Source: an uncultured Verrucomicrobia subdivision 3 bacterium (GTDB lineage: Bacteria > Verrucomicrobiota > Verrucomicrobiia > Limisphaerales > DASXHY01). From it: a stretch of DNA of 64,000 nt. The notes below the pieces were generated by a model. The model ran no database searches. It was not told the DNA's origin and saw nothing but the letters and a program-made list of their open reading frames with translations. Below are positions 56,075 through 64,000 of the stretch, piece by piece. Positions within the stretch are counted from its first letter, which is position 1. Each line of letters starts with the position of its first letter. The position numbers and the translations under genes are program-made. The DNA lies in contig CALBZA010000017.1 in the NCBI GenBank assembly GCA_937890005.1, positions 7,571 to 71,570 on the forward strand. The letters run 5' to 3'.

Positions 56075-56686
56075 TCAGGAAGCTTTTGACTTGGGCGGGG
56101 GAAGTGTGCGGCGGATTTTTTCGGTGATGCTGGCCGCGCGTCTGGATTCGACTTTGCCCATTCTGCTGAGCGTTTCGAGAATCGCGCTCACGTCGTCGTT
56201 TTTCATCAGGTAAAGAATCTTCACGGCCTCGTCCTCAGCCATCTCGCTGATCAGCGCCGCAACGGCATCAGAGCTCATGTTGGCGAACACCTTGGCCTGG
56301 CGCTTGAGGTTGTCGGCCTCCTGTTCCTGGATGCGAAGGACGTTCTTGTCGAACTCGGCCTGGAGCTGCGCGACCATCTGGGTGATTGAAGTCAGTTCGT
56401 TGCGTTCCGCCTCGATTCGCAGCGCGAGTTCCTGCAGCTGCTGCGCCCGCAATTCAAGCGCCTCCTTCTCACGCTTCAATTCGGTGACCCACTGTTCGAA
56501 TTCGGGATTCTGGAACTTCCAGGAGGGATTGTTGTCGGGCGGCAGAGTTTTCGGTTCCGTCTCAGCATGTGTGGCGGCGGCGACGTTTTCGAACTTCGCG
56601 GAGTTCAACACGAGGAACGTGACCAAAAGATAGAGAACTCCGCCGATGGCGGCGGTGAACCAGGTGGATTGCAGAATGCGTTTCAT
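56075..56686 (-). CDS. MotE/YlxF-like flagellar protein (TM + coiled coil + MgtE-N-like domain)
   Basis: TM helix FTAAIGGVLYLLVTFLVL, a coiled coil, then AKVFANMSSDAVAALISEMAEDEAVKILYLMKNDDVSAILETL. It occupies the same position as B. subtilis ylxF. Confidence 0.65.
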   Translation of the reverse strand: MKRILQSTWFTAAIGGVLYLLVTFLVLNSAKFENVAAATHAETEPKTLPPDNNPSWKFQNPEFEQWVTELKREKEALELRAQQLQELALRIEAERNELTSITQMVAQLQAEFDKNVLRIQEQEADNLKRQAKVFANMSSDAVAALISEMAEDEAVKILYLMKNDDVSAILETLSRMGKVESRRAASITEKIRRTLPPPKSKAS

Positions 56687-56693
56687 GACGGAT

Positions 56694-57161
56694 TCAATGC
56701 GATTGGATTCGGCTGAATGAGTGCGCGGCAGACGACCGGCGCAGCCCGAGTTCATCCAGTTCCTTCTGCTCGTGGCGCTGGACGTCGCGTTCGTAGGCGG
56801 CGCGGCGTTTGTCGTGGTAATTGTCGATCGCTTCCCGGTCGCGCGTGGCAAGAAGCATCTCCTGCATGGCGGCCTCCATGGCGCGTTTCGCGCGCTGAAG
56901 CGCTTCCGCGCGTTCCTTCTGGCGCAGCTCGAGGACGTTGCACCAGGCGCGGGATTTCGTGAGTTGCGAGGCGTTCACGCCGGAGGACATTTCCCGGCAA
57001 AGCGCATTCCATCCCGCCACAAGCTCATCGCTCGCGTTCTTCAGCTGAAGAACGGCGTTGTCATACGACCGCATGGCCTCGCCGAAAGCCTTCTGGGCCT
57101 TCTGCTCCTTCTGCTCGCGCAGAATGCGGATCGGTTGCAATGAGAAGCGGAACGGTTTCAT
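56694..57161 (-). CDS. fliJ: Flagellar export chaperone FliJ
   Basis: N-terminus MKPFRFSLQPIRILREQKEQKAQKAF, all-helical, 155 aa, located after fliI. Confidence 0.8.
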   Translation of the reverse strand: MKPFRFSLQPIRILREQKEQKAQKAFGEAMRSYDNAVLQLKNASDELVAGWNALCREMSSGVNASQLTKSRAWCNVLELRQKERAEALQRAKRAMEAAMQEMLLATRDREAIDNYHDKRRAAYERDVQRHEQKELDELGLRRSSAAHSFSRIQSH

Positions 57162-57165
57162 TTCA

Positions 57166-57603
57166 TCATTCCTTCGCAGCGACGGCCATCGGACCTGTCG
57201 CTGTTGTTTTCGGCTGAAGCAGCAGCGTCCAGGTTTTTGAAAACAGGTTTTCGGCGGCGTTCTTCGGCTGGTGGCGATGATTCAATTCATGCTTGCGGGC
57301 CGTGCTCATCAGGCTCTTCCAGACGGCGTCAACCGTGTGACGCGCCTCTTCGAGTTCGGCGGTCTGTTCGCGGAGGCGGAGTTCGATCACGTTGCACCAG
57401 GCGCGGCGTTTCAAGAGGTCCGTGCGTGTGGCACCAGTGGCGATCTCGATGCCGAGCGCCGTCCAGCAGGCGGTGAGTTCCTCGCTGGTCGATTTCACCC
57501 GCGCGGCCAGCTGTTCGCATCGGCGAACGGCTTCCTCGCAACGGTGCGACTGCCTGGCTTTTTCCCCTGTCGGGACGGATGGAGTGGAGTGGGCGTGCTT
57601 CAT
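57166..57603 (-). CDS. FliJ-like paralog (divergent tandem duplicate)
   Basis: LLKRRAWCNVIELRLREQTAELEEARHTVD aligns with FliJ LTKSRAWCNVLELRQKERAEALQRAKRAME. It lacks the FRF N-terminal motif. Confidence 0.6.
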   Translation of the reverse strand: MKHAHSTPSVPTGEKARQSHRCEEAVRRCEQLAARVKSTSEELTACWTALGIEIATGATRTDLLKRRAWCNVIELRLREQTAELEEARHTVDAVWKSLMSTARKHELNHRHQPKNAAENLFSKTWTLLLQPKTTATGPMAVAAKE

Positions 57604-57610
57604 AGGTGCT

Positions 57611-58981
57611 TCATCTGACTGATTTGGCCGGCTGCGGCGGAACCGGTTTCGTGCTGGAAAGCGTTTGCGAAAGGAGCTGCCAGCTTTGCGCGGCGTTGAA
57701 ACCTTCCGTCACGCCCTGCCGGAGAAAACGTTTGATCGGATCGTGCAGTGCGATCGCGTGGTCAATGGGGGCACTGCTGCCAGCGGAGTAGGCGCCGATG
57801 TTGATCAGATCCTGATTTTTCCGGTAGGTCGCCATGTGTTCACGCGCGGCGGCTGTGACGGCGAGCTGATTCTGATCGAGCAGATCGCGGGTGAGACGGC
57901 TCACGCTCTCAAGGACATCGATCGCAGGATAATGATTCTGCGTCGCCAGTTCGCGGGTCAGAACGATGTGTCCGTCGAGAATCGATCGAACGGCGTCCGC
58001 AATCGGATCGTTCATGTCGTCGGCTTCAACCAGCACGGTGAAAAGACCGGTGATCGCGCCCTTTTCGCCGGTGCCTGCGCGTTCCAGCAACTGAGGCAGC
58101 ATGGAAAACACGGAAGGGGTGTAACCGCGCGTGGCGGGCGGTTCGCCGACAGCCAGACCAATCTCGCGCTGTGCCATGGCGAAACGCGTGACGGAATCCA
58201 TCATCAGAAGAACGCTTTGTCCGGCGTCGCGGAAATACTCGGCAATCGCCATTGCCAGGAACGCGCCTTTGACACGATGCAGCGCGGGTTCGTTGGAGGT
58301 GGCGACGATGACGATGGATTTCTTGCGACCGACTTCGTCGAGATCGCGTTCGAGAAACTCGCGGACTTCACGACCGCGTTCGCCAATCAGCGCGATGACG
58401 TTCACATCCGCTTCCGCGTGCGACGCCATCATGCCCAGCAGGGTCGATTTGCCGACGCCGCTGCCGGCGAAGATGCCCATGCGCTGGCCGCGTCCGCAGG
58501 GAGTGAACGTGTCGATCGCCTTGATGCCGGTCTGAAAAACATTCTTGATCCGCTCGCGCTTGAGCGGATGCGGCGGCAGGAGATTGAGTCCGACCGTTTG
58601 ATCTGCGGTGATCGGCGGCAATCCATCGAGCGGCTTGCCAAGGCCGTCGAGAATCCGGCCCTTGAGCGCGTTGCTGACCGGAATTCGCATGGCCGAGCCG
58701 GTGGCGAAAACTTCGCTGCCGGGATGAATGCCGTGCAGTTCGCCCAGCGGCATCAGGAGCAGGTGATTGTTTCGAAAGCCGACCACTTCCGCGAGCGTGT
58801 GGCCGTCGTGACGTGCGGATTCGATTCGCACCACTTCTCCAACCGCTGCGAGCGGGCCTTCCGATTCGATCACGAGGCCGATCACCTGGACGACGCGGCC
58901 GCATGTTTCGGTGACGCGCGTCTGCCGGACACGGCTGAGCGCGGCGCCGAGGCGATTGGTGGAGCAGGGGAGCGTGTTCAT
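57611..58981 (-). CDS. fliI: Flagellum-specific ATPase FliI
   Basis: Walker A GSGVGKST, Walker B VLLMMDSVTR. Start taken at MNTLPCS, giving an ATGA overlap with the fliH stop. Confidence 0.95.
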   Translation of the reverse strand: MNTLPCSTNRLGAALSRVRQTRVTETCGRVVQVIGLVIESEGPLAAVGEVVRIESARHDGHTLAEVVGFRNNHLLLMPLGELHGIHPGSEVFATGSAMRIPVSNALKGRILDGLGKPLDGLPPITADQTVGLNLLPPHPLKRERIKNVFQTGIKAIDTFTPCGRGQRMGIFAGSGVGKSTLLGMMASHAEADVNVIALIGERGREVREFLERDLDEVGRKKSIVIVATSNEPALHRVKGAFLAMAIAEYFRDAGQSVLLMMDSVTRFAMAQREIGLAVGEPPATRGYTPSVFSMLPQLLERAGTGEKGAITGLFTVLVEADDMNDPIADAVRSILDGHIVLTRELATQNHYPAIDVLESVSRLTRDLLDQNQLAVTAAAREHMATYRKNQDLINIGAYSAGSSAPIDHAIALHDPIKRFLRQGVTEGFNAAQSWQLLSQTLSSTKPVPPQPAKSVR

Positions 58982-59583
58982 GCGAGCGACTTCCGCAGCT
59001 GTTCGATCTTTGTTTCGCGCCGGGCATCGAGCAGGCCGAAGCGTGTGTGAATGATGCATCCGCCGCGCGTGACTTCTGGAGAACTGGCGTAGCGGACCGT
59101 GTCTGCGCCGGGCAATCCGTTCAGGATTTTGGAATCGTTCTTTTGAAGCAGCGCGAAATCTTCGGGATGCAGTTGAACGGAAATTTCCGTCGTCTGCTCA
59201 AGCTGGCTGACTGCTTCGCGCACTTCGGCTTCGATCATCTCGGTGGTGACCGGCAGCGCGGTGACGATCTTCTGGGCCAGTTCCAACGTGAGATCCACGA
59301 GAGCTTTCTCCGAGTCCTGGATCAGCCGGGGAACGGCGTTCTGAAGCGAGGTCAGCACGCCCTGTTGCAGTTCGAGGATTTCGGCGCGCTGTTGAAGGAG
59401 CTGTTCGCTCAAAGCCTTTTCGGCGTCGCGGCGTCCGCGTTCGTAGGCGGCGGCCTCGGCTTCGCGCTGCTTCTGTTCCATCTCGATGCGATTGCCTTCG
59501 GTCACGAGGCAGACGTCGCGCAACGGGGTGGCGAGCGAAATGGCCTTATACGATCTCATACTCCGCGGAATTGCGGGATTCAT
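58978..59583 (-). CDS. fliH: Flagellar assembly protein FliH
   Basis: Coiled-coil N-terminal half, then C-terminal VRYASSPEVTRGGCIIHTRFGLLDARRETKIEQL (FliH/YscL type). The start could instead be the ATG at 59559. Confidence 0.8.
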   Translation of the reverse strand: MNPAIPRSMRSYKAISLATPLRDVCLVTEGNRIEMEQKQREAEAAAYERGRRDAEKALSEQLLQQRAEILELQQGVLTSLQNAVPRLIQDSEKALVDLTLELAQKIVTALPVTTEMIEAEVREAVSQLEQTTEISVQLHPEDFALLQKNDSKILNGLPGADTVRYASSPEVTRGGCIIHTRFGLLDARRETKIEQLRKSLA

Positions 59584-60598
59584 CGAGGTCGATCTCGCCC
59601 TCGGCTTCGAGCTTGCGAACGGCGTCGATGATTCGGAACTGGGCGGCTTCGACGTCGCGCAGTTTCACATGGCCCAGCATGTCGATTTCTTCCTGAACCG
59701 CCTCTGCGGCGCGGCGGGAAATGTTCGCCAGCAGCAGTTTCTTGAGCGGTTCCGTCGCCTTCTTGAGCGCGAGTGAAAGGTCGCGCATGTCGATCTCGCG
59801 CATGATCCGCTGAATGGTTTGCGCGTTGAGCAACAACAGGTCTTCGAAGGTGAACATCTTCTTCCGGATCGCCTGGCAGAGATCGGGATTGCGTTCCTCG
59901 ATCGCGGTCAGCAACGAACGGCTGACGGTCTTGTCGATGGCGTTCAACAGGTCGGCGGCTGATGTGACACCGCCCGTTTGCGAAAACGCGCGGGTCTGCT
60001 TGATGCCGAGTTTGGCGTTCAGAACATCGACAACTTTTTCAGCGACTTCGATCGGTGTCGGCGCAAGCGTGGCAAGGCGTTCAACGATCTGGTCGCGCAA
60101 ATCCGGGCGGACGAGATTGAAGACCTGCGACGCCTTTTCCGGCGAAAGATAGCTCATGATGAATGCAATCGTCTGAGCCTGCTCGTCGCGGATGAGATTG
60201 AAAATGTGCCGCGGATCCATGTCGGCGATGGTTTGCATCGCGCCGATCGGCGTCTTGCTGGGAACCACGCGGCCCATGATGTCGCTGGCCTTGAAGGTGC
60301 CGAGCGCCTTTTCGAGTGTGTTGCGAGTGACTTCAACGCCTGCGGAAAGGGAGGTGCTGGCTGCGATCGCGACGTCGGAGAACTCGGCGAGGATGTCCTC
60401 CTGCTGCTCGAGCGTGATCAGGTTGAAGCGCGCCATTTCGCGCGAGATCGCCTCGATTTCACGCGGGGTGAAATCCTTGAGGATCTGTCCGGCGCTGTCG
60501 GGTCCGAGCATGACGAGAAGCGCGGCGAGCTTCTGAATCTTTGTCAGTGCGCCGGCTTCCTGCGGTGCGGCTTCTGTGGGGGTTGCGGTTGCAGCCAT
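59546..60598 (-). CDS. fliG: Flagellar motor switch protein FliG
   Basis: LTKIQKLAALLVMLGPDSAGQILKDF...MFTFEDLLLLNAQTIQRIMREI...RAAEAVQEEID are FliG signatures. Confidence 0.95.
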   Translation of the reverse strand: MAATATPTEAAPQEAGALTKIQKLAALLVMLGPDSAGQILKDFTPREIEAISREMARFNLITLEQQEDILAEFSDVAIAASTSLSAGVEVTRNTLEKALGTFKASDIMGRVVPSKTPIGAMQTIADMDPRHIFNLIRDEQAQTIAFIMSYLSPEKASQVFNLVRPDLRDQIVERLATLAPTPIEVAEKVVDVLNAKLGIKQTRAFSQTGGVTSAADLLNAIDKTVSRSLLTAIEERNPDLCQAIRKKMFTFEDLLLLNAQTIQRIMREIDMRDLSLALKKATEPLKKLLLANISRRAAEAVQEEIDMLGHVKLRDVEAAQFRIIDAVRKLEAEGEIDLDESRNSAEYEIV

Positions 60599-60606
60599 GG
60601 GTCGAA

Positions 60607-62235
60607 TCAGTTTTCAGCCGTGCGGCCTTTGTTCATCCACTCACGAATCGCCTGGGTCATGTTGGTCGGATTTTCCTTCACCAGGCGGTTGAGGACATCG
60701 ATGGTGACGACGCCGGGCTGGAGTTCGCCCTGGCCGTGGCCGTTTCCATTCCCATTCCCATTGCCGTTACCATTCGCGCGGTGTCCGACGATGCGGCCAA
60801 CGGGAACGCCGATCGGAATTTCCTGAACGGGCGTTTTCTTGAACATCGTGATGAGAACCAGAAGCGCGACGAGACCGAGCGCGGGATAGACGGCGTTGCG
60901 GGCGAGATCCCACCAGAACTGACGTTTTTCCTGCTGGGTCAGCTCCTGCGTGATGGTGGCCGCGAACTGGTCGTTGAAAGGAAGTTCTTCAAGCGCGATC
61001 TGATCGCCGCGGGTGGCATCGGTTCCGACGGCGTTCTGAACGATGCGGCGGAGCTTCTCGATTTCCTCGTTGGAACGCGGCACGGCCTTCCGCTCGGTGC
61101 CGTCGCCTTCCATGCGTGAGGCAATCGTGACCGCGGTGGAGAGGCGTTTGATGCCGCCTGCGGCCTGAATGACGCTGCTGGTGCTCTTGCCGATTTCGTA
61201 TTCGACCGTGGAGGTGGTCTTGCGATTCTTCGAGTTGCTGACCGGCGTGGCTGCGACGGACAAGGCGTTTGTCTCGGTGGCGGTGTTTGACGTGATGCCG
61301 GCAGCCATCGGAGCGTTGTTCGCCGTTGTGGAATCGTTGTTCTCGTCGTTCTTGGTCTGGGTTTTCACCACCTGACCATCCGGGTCGAACTTCTCTTCGG
61401 TGCGGGTGACGGTGTCGAAATTGATTTCCGCCGATACGCGGACAATCGCCTGGCCGGGGCCGAGAACTTTCTCGAGAACATCCTGCGCTTTCTTGGCGAG
61501 GTATTGTTCGAGATTGCGGCGGGCGGTGAGTTGCGTGGTGGTCAGGCCGGTGAGGGAATCGTTGTCCGTGTTCTCTGAAAGCACATTGCCGAGGTTGTCC
61601 ACGATCGAAACGTTGTTGGGCTTGAGGCCTTCAACCGAATTCGCCACGAGGAAACGGATTGAATTGATCGCCATCGTTTGCAGCTGGGTGTTTCCGCGAA
61701 CACGAACAAAGACAGACGCTGTCGGCTGTTTGTCCCGGTCGAGCAGAAGACGATTTTCGGGAAGAACGATCATCACGCGGGCGGATTCGATTTCGTCGAG
61801 CTGGCTGATCGTGCGGCTGAGTTCGCCCTGGACGGCGCGAATGTAGTTGGCGCGCTGGACGAAGTCGGAGATGCCGAAGTTCGGTTTGTCGAAGATTTCG
61901 AATCCGACGCCTTCGCCCTGCGGAATGCCGCGCGAGGCGAGCTGCATGCGCATCAGGTGAACTTTGTCAGACGGCACCATGATGGAACCGCCACCCTTGC
62001 TGATCTTGTAGGGAACCTTCGCGTCGTCGAGAGCGGCAACGACCTTGGCGGCTTCGCTGTCGGACAGCTTTCCGTAAAGGAGGCCGTAGTCGGTGCGGGA
62101 AGACCAGGTGGCAAGCGCGACGAGGCCGCCGATCACGACCACAGTGGCGGCGAGGACGCTGACCTTCTGGCTTGGGCCGAGGTGCTTCCAGATTTCGAGG
62201 AGCTGGCTTCCGAGTTTGGAAAGGTTCCGGTTCAT
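60607..62235 (-). CDS. fliF: Flagellar M-ring protein FliF
   Basis: N-terminal TM helix, then YGLLYGKLSDSEAAKVVAALDDAKVPYKI...GISDFVQRANYIRAVQGELSRTI. The C-terminal region carries a (GN)6 repeat. Confidence 0.95.
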   Translation of the reverse strand: MNRNLSKLGSQLLEIWKHLGPSQKVSVLAATVVVIGGLVALATWSSRTDYGLLYGKLSDSEAAKVVAALDDAKVPYKISKGGGSIMVPSDKVHLMRMQLASRGIPQGEGVGFEIFDKPNFGISDFVQRANYIRAVQGELSRTISQLDEIESARVMIVLPENRLLLDRDKQPTASVFVRVRGNTQLQTMAINSIRFLVANSVEGLKPNNVSIVDNLGNVLSENTDNDSLTGLTTTQLTARRNLEQYLAKKAQDVLEKVLGPGQAIVRVSAEINFDTVTRTEEKFDPDGQVVKTQTKNDENNDSTTANNAPMAAGITSNTATETNALSVAATPVSNSKNRKTTSTVEYEIGKSTSSVIQAAGGIKRLSTAVTIASRMEGDGTERKAVPRSNEEIEKLRRIVQNAVGTDATRGDQIALEELPFNDQFAATITQELTQQEKRQFWWDLARNAVYPALGLVALLVLITMFKKTPVQEIPIGVPVGRIVGHRANGNGNGNGNGNGHGQGELQPGVVTIDVLNRLVKENPTNMTQAIREWMNKGRTAEN

Positions 62236-62238
62236 GAA

Positions 62239-62607
62239 TCAAATCTGCATGCGCATCATCTCCTGGTACGATTCCAGGAGTTTGTTGCGGACTTCGACCA
62301 TCAGTTGGAAAGAGACGCTGGCTTCCTCCATCGCGATCACGGCCTGGTGGAGCGAGACATTGCCGCCGGACTGGAGCGATTGAACGGCTTCCATGGAGGC
62401 GTTCTGCTTGGCGTTCACCTCCTGAACCAGCTTGCCCAGCATGCTGCCGAAGGAGTCGCCCGTGTTCTGGCCGGGATTAACCTCGCCCGGTTTGCCGGCG
62501 GGCGCGATGGTGTCGATCCCCGGCATCCGGATCGCCTCGGCGGCGTCCTGCATTTGCCGGATCGCCTGGAGCGGCAGTGCTTGCGGAATGTTGGAGATCG
62601 GCAGCAT
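62239..62607 (-). CDS. fliE: Flagellar hook-basal body complex protein FliE
   Basis: The C-terminus LHQAVIAMEEASVSFQLMVEVRNKLLESYQEMMRMQI is the typical FliE end. Confidence 0.9.
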   Translation of the reverse strand: MLPISNIPQALPLQAIRQMQDAAEAIRMPGIDTIAPAGKPGEVNPGQNTGDSFGSMLGKLVQEVNAKQNASMEAVQSLQSGGNVSLHQAVIAMEEASVSFQLMVEVRNKLLESYQEMMRMQI

Positions 62608-62624
62608 GTCAGTTCAGCGCGAGA

Positions 62625-63047
62625 TTATTTCTTGCCGATGGAAAGAGTTTGAAGCGCCATGCTCTTGGCGGTTTTGACGACGGCGAGATTCGCTTCGAAT
62701 GCCCGTGAGGCGGTGATCATGTCGGCCATTTCCTCGTGAACGCTGATGTTCGGCATGGCAACCATGCCGTTGCTGTCTGCGTCGGGATGGCCGGGTTGGT
62801 AAACGAGCTGTGCGGGCCGCGTGTCTCTTTCGATGCGTGTGCCCTTGAGGCCGGCGACCTGGCCGTTGCCGTCGAGGGCCTGTTGCAGCGCGGTTTCGAA
62901 CATCACGACCTTGCGCTGATACGGTTTGCCGTCGATGCCGCGCGTGGTGTGGGCGTTGGCAATGTTCTCGGAAATCACGTCCATGCGGGTCCGTTCGGCG
63001 CTCAGTGCGGCCGCGGTGCTTTGGATTCCTGAGAGGATGTTGACCAT
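62625..63047 (-). CDS. flgC: Flagellar basal-body rod protein FlgC
   Basis: Contains RTRMDVISENIANAHTTR...VAMPNISVHEEMADMITASRAFEANLAV. Confidence 0.95.
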   Translation of the reverse strand: MVNILSGIQSTAAALSAERTRMDVISENIANAHTTRGIDGKPYQRKVVMFETALQQALDGNGQVAGLKGTRIERDTRPAQLVYQPGHPDADSNGMVAMPNISVHEEMADMITASRAFEANLAVVKTAKSMALQTLSIGKK

Positions 63048-63055
63048 ATAAAACG

Positions 63056-63436
63056 TCAGGCTTTGCCGGTGATGGCTAGTTTCAGGCGGAGGAGGCGTCC
63101 GCTGACGAGCTGCACCTGCAGCGCATGTTCAACGGTGTTCTGGCTGAGCTGCAGCATCTCGTTTTCGAAATTCACGGTGTTGCCGTCCTTGCTGTTGGGA
63201 ACGGCGTTGGGATCGGCGGCGAGTGCCGGTTTGAGCGTGGCCAGCTGCTGGGCGTTGCCGGCGGCACAGGCCTTGGCGAGCTCCGCTTTGAACGAAGGGG
63301 CGAGATCGACGCGCTTGTATCCCGGCGTTTCCAGGTTGGCGATGTTGCTGGCGATGGCTTCCTGGCGCAAAGCAACTGCATCCAGCGATTTCTTCGCCGC
63401 CAGATACCCGGATGTGTTGAACAGTGCTTCGATCAT
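63056..63436 (-). CDS. flgB: Flagellar basal-body rod protein FlgB
   Basis: Starts MIEALFNTSGYLAAKKSLDAVALRQEAIASNIANLETPGYKR. The start is downstream of the sigma54 promoter that sits inside the longer ORF. Confidence 0.9.
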   Translation of the reverse strand: MIEALFNTSGYLAAKKSLDAVALRQEAIASNIANLETPGYKRVDLAPSFKAELAKACAAGNAQQLATLKPALAADPNAVPNSKDGNTVNFENEMLQLSQNTVEHALQVQLVSGRLLRLKLAITGKA

Positions 63437-63458
63437 GCAAACTTTTCCGAGTCTGCTG

Positions 63459-63474
63459 AGCAACGGCAGTGCCA
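63459..63474 (-). promoter_or_regulatory. Sigma54 (-24/-12) promoter of the flagellar operon, TGGCAC-N5-TTGCT
   Basis: The minus strand reads tggcac tgccg ttgct, a perfect match to the TGGCAC-N5-TTGCW consensus. The -12 GC lies 24 nt upstream of the flgB ATG. Confidence 0.75.
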
Positions 63475-63631
63475 TGGGCAAAAAGGGCCTGTTTACAGGG
63501 GTTTTCGAAGGGGTTTTCCCTGAACGCGGCAAATGTTTCCCAGTTGGGCAGGGAAGGTAGGCAAGTTTTGGTGAGCGAAGATTTCGGGGAGGGTCCCGGT
63601 TGAAGAACAGCAAGGCGAACCGGATTGGAAC

Positions 63632-63795
63632 TCTCCTCAGCACCGCGCTTCAGCGCGGTACTGGCTGGCCTGGCCGTTGCGGCCGATGAGCCGTTTTAAC
63701 GGCTTTATCGTGGGCCGCAAAGGAAAAGGACGGGTCTTTCCGCCCACATCACTCGAGCTGCTTCCGCTTGAAGCGGCGGTTGCATCGTTGAAAAC
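63632..63795. repeat. MITE/REP-like element, copy C (3' terminus degenerate)
   Basis: The 5' end tctcctcagcaccgcgcttcagcgcggta matches the termini of copies A and B. The internal agccgttttaacggct hairpin resembles copy B. The 3' hairpin is ccgcttgaagcgg. Confidence 0.55.
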
Positions 63796-64000
63796 CCAAT
63801 CCCCACCCCAGATTGTTCCCCGAACACGCACCCGACCGACCGGCCTGATGCAGGCCTCGGAGTTTGTCGGCGGTGGAGTGTCATCAGTTCAGGCTGGGGC
63901 GATGGCGGTGGCGGGGCAGGCGTGGGAACCGGCATTATTGTTACCCATTAATCCCGATTGACCTGTCTGTGGTCCGACGCGGTTTAGTCTTCAGACTCCG

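Noticed and set aside
60735-60780. Hexanucleotide repeat encoding (GN)6 near the FliF C-terminus as a phase-variation tract
   Set aside because: The unit length is a multiple of three, so slippage stays in frame. It is most likely a flexible linker.
63640-63658. MITE terminal hairpin CACCGCGCTTCAGCGCGGT as an NtrC-type enhancer (UAS) for the flagellar sigma54 promoter
   Set aside because: Half-site spacing does not match the known NtrC-type dyads I can recall. The same hairpin also occurs at two loci with no sigma54 promoter, so it is more simply explained as part of the repeat element.

Overview
High-GC (about 58-60%) chromosomal segment. By gene content and repeat style it most likely comes from a PVC-superphylum bacterium, possibly Verrucomicrobiota-like; this is inference only. 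I found no rRNA, tRNA, CRISPR array, transposase or prophage. Gene order: grpE (partial) and hpf; a sensor kinase / sigma54-activator operon; a hybrid PAS kinase; a 12-gene nuoABCDIHJKLMMN cluster with no nuoEFG and two nuoM genes; a secreted metzincin protease; DUF362, TPR lipoprotein, cvpA and dnaG; a TerB-like gene, a J-domain gene and a TPR-gluzincin peptidase; an 8-gene translationally coupled DUF4159-MoxR-DUF58-vWA operon ending in a legumain/caspase-like gene; rpiB; and a 21-gene minus-strand flagellar operon (flgB to flhB) behind a canonical sigma54 promoter. The most unusual signals are non-coding. They are 7-nt-periodic spacer elements recurring just 5' of internal operon genes (an identical 19-mer is shared by the nuo and flagellar operons), a three-copy MITE-like hairpin element, twin 18-bp palindromes, and a purine/pyrimidine SD versus anti-SD-like hairpin. 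All family names come from motif recognition by eye. No database search was run.
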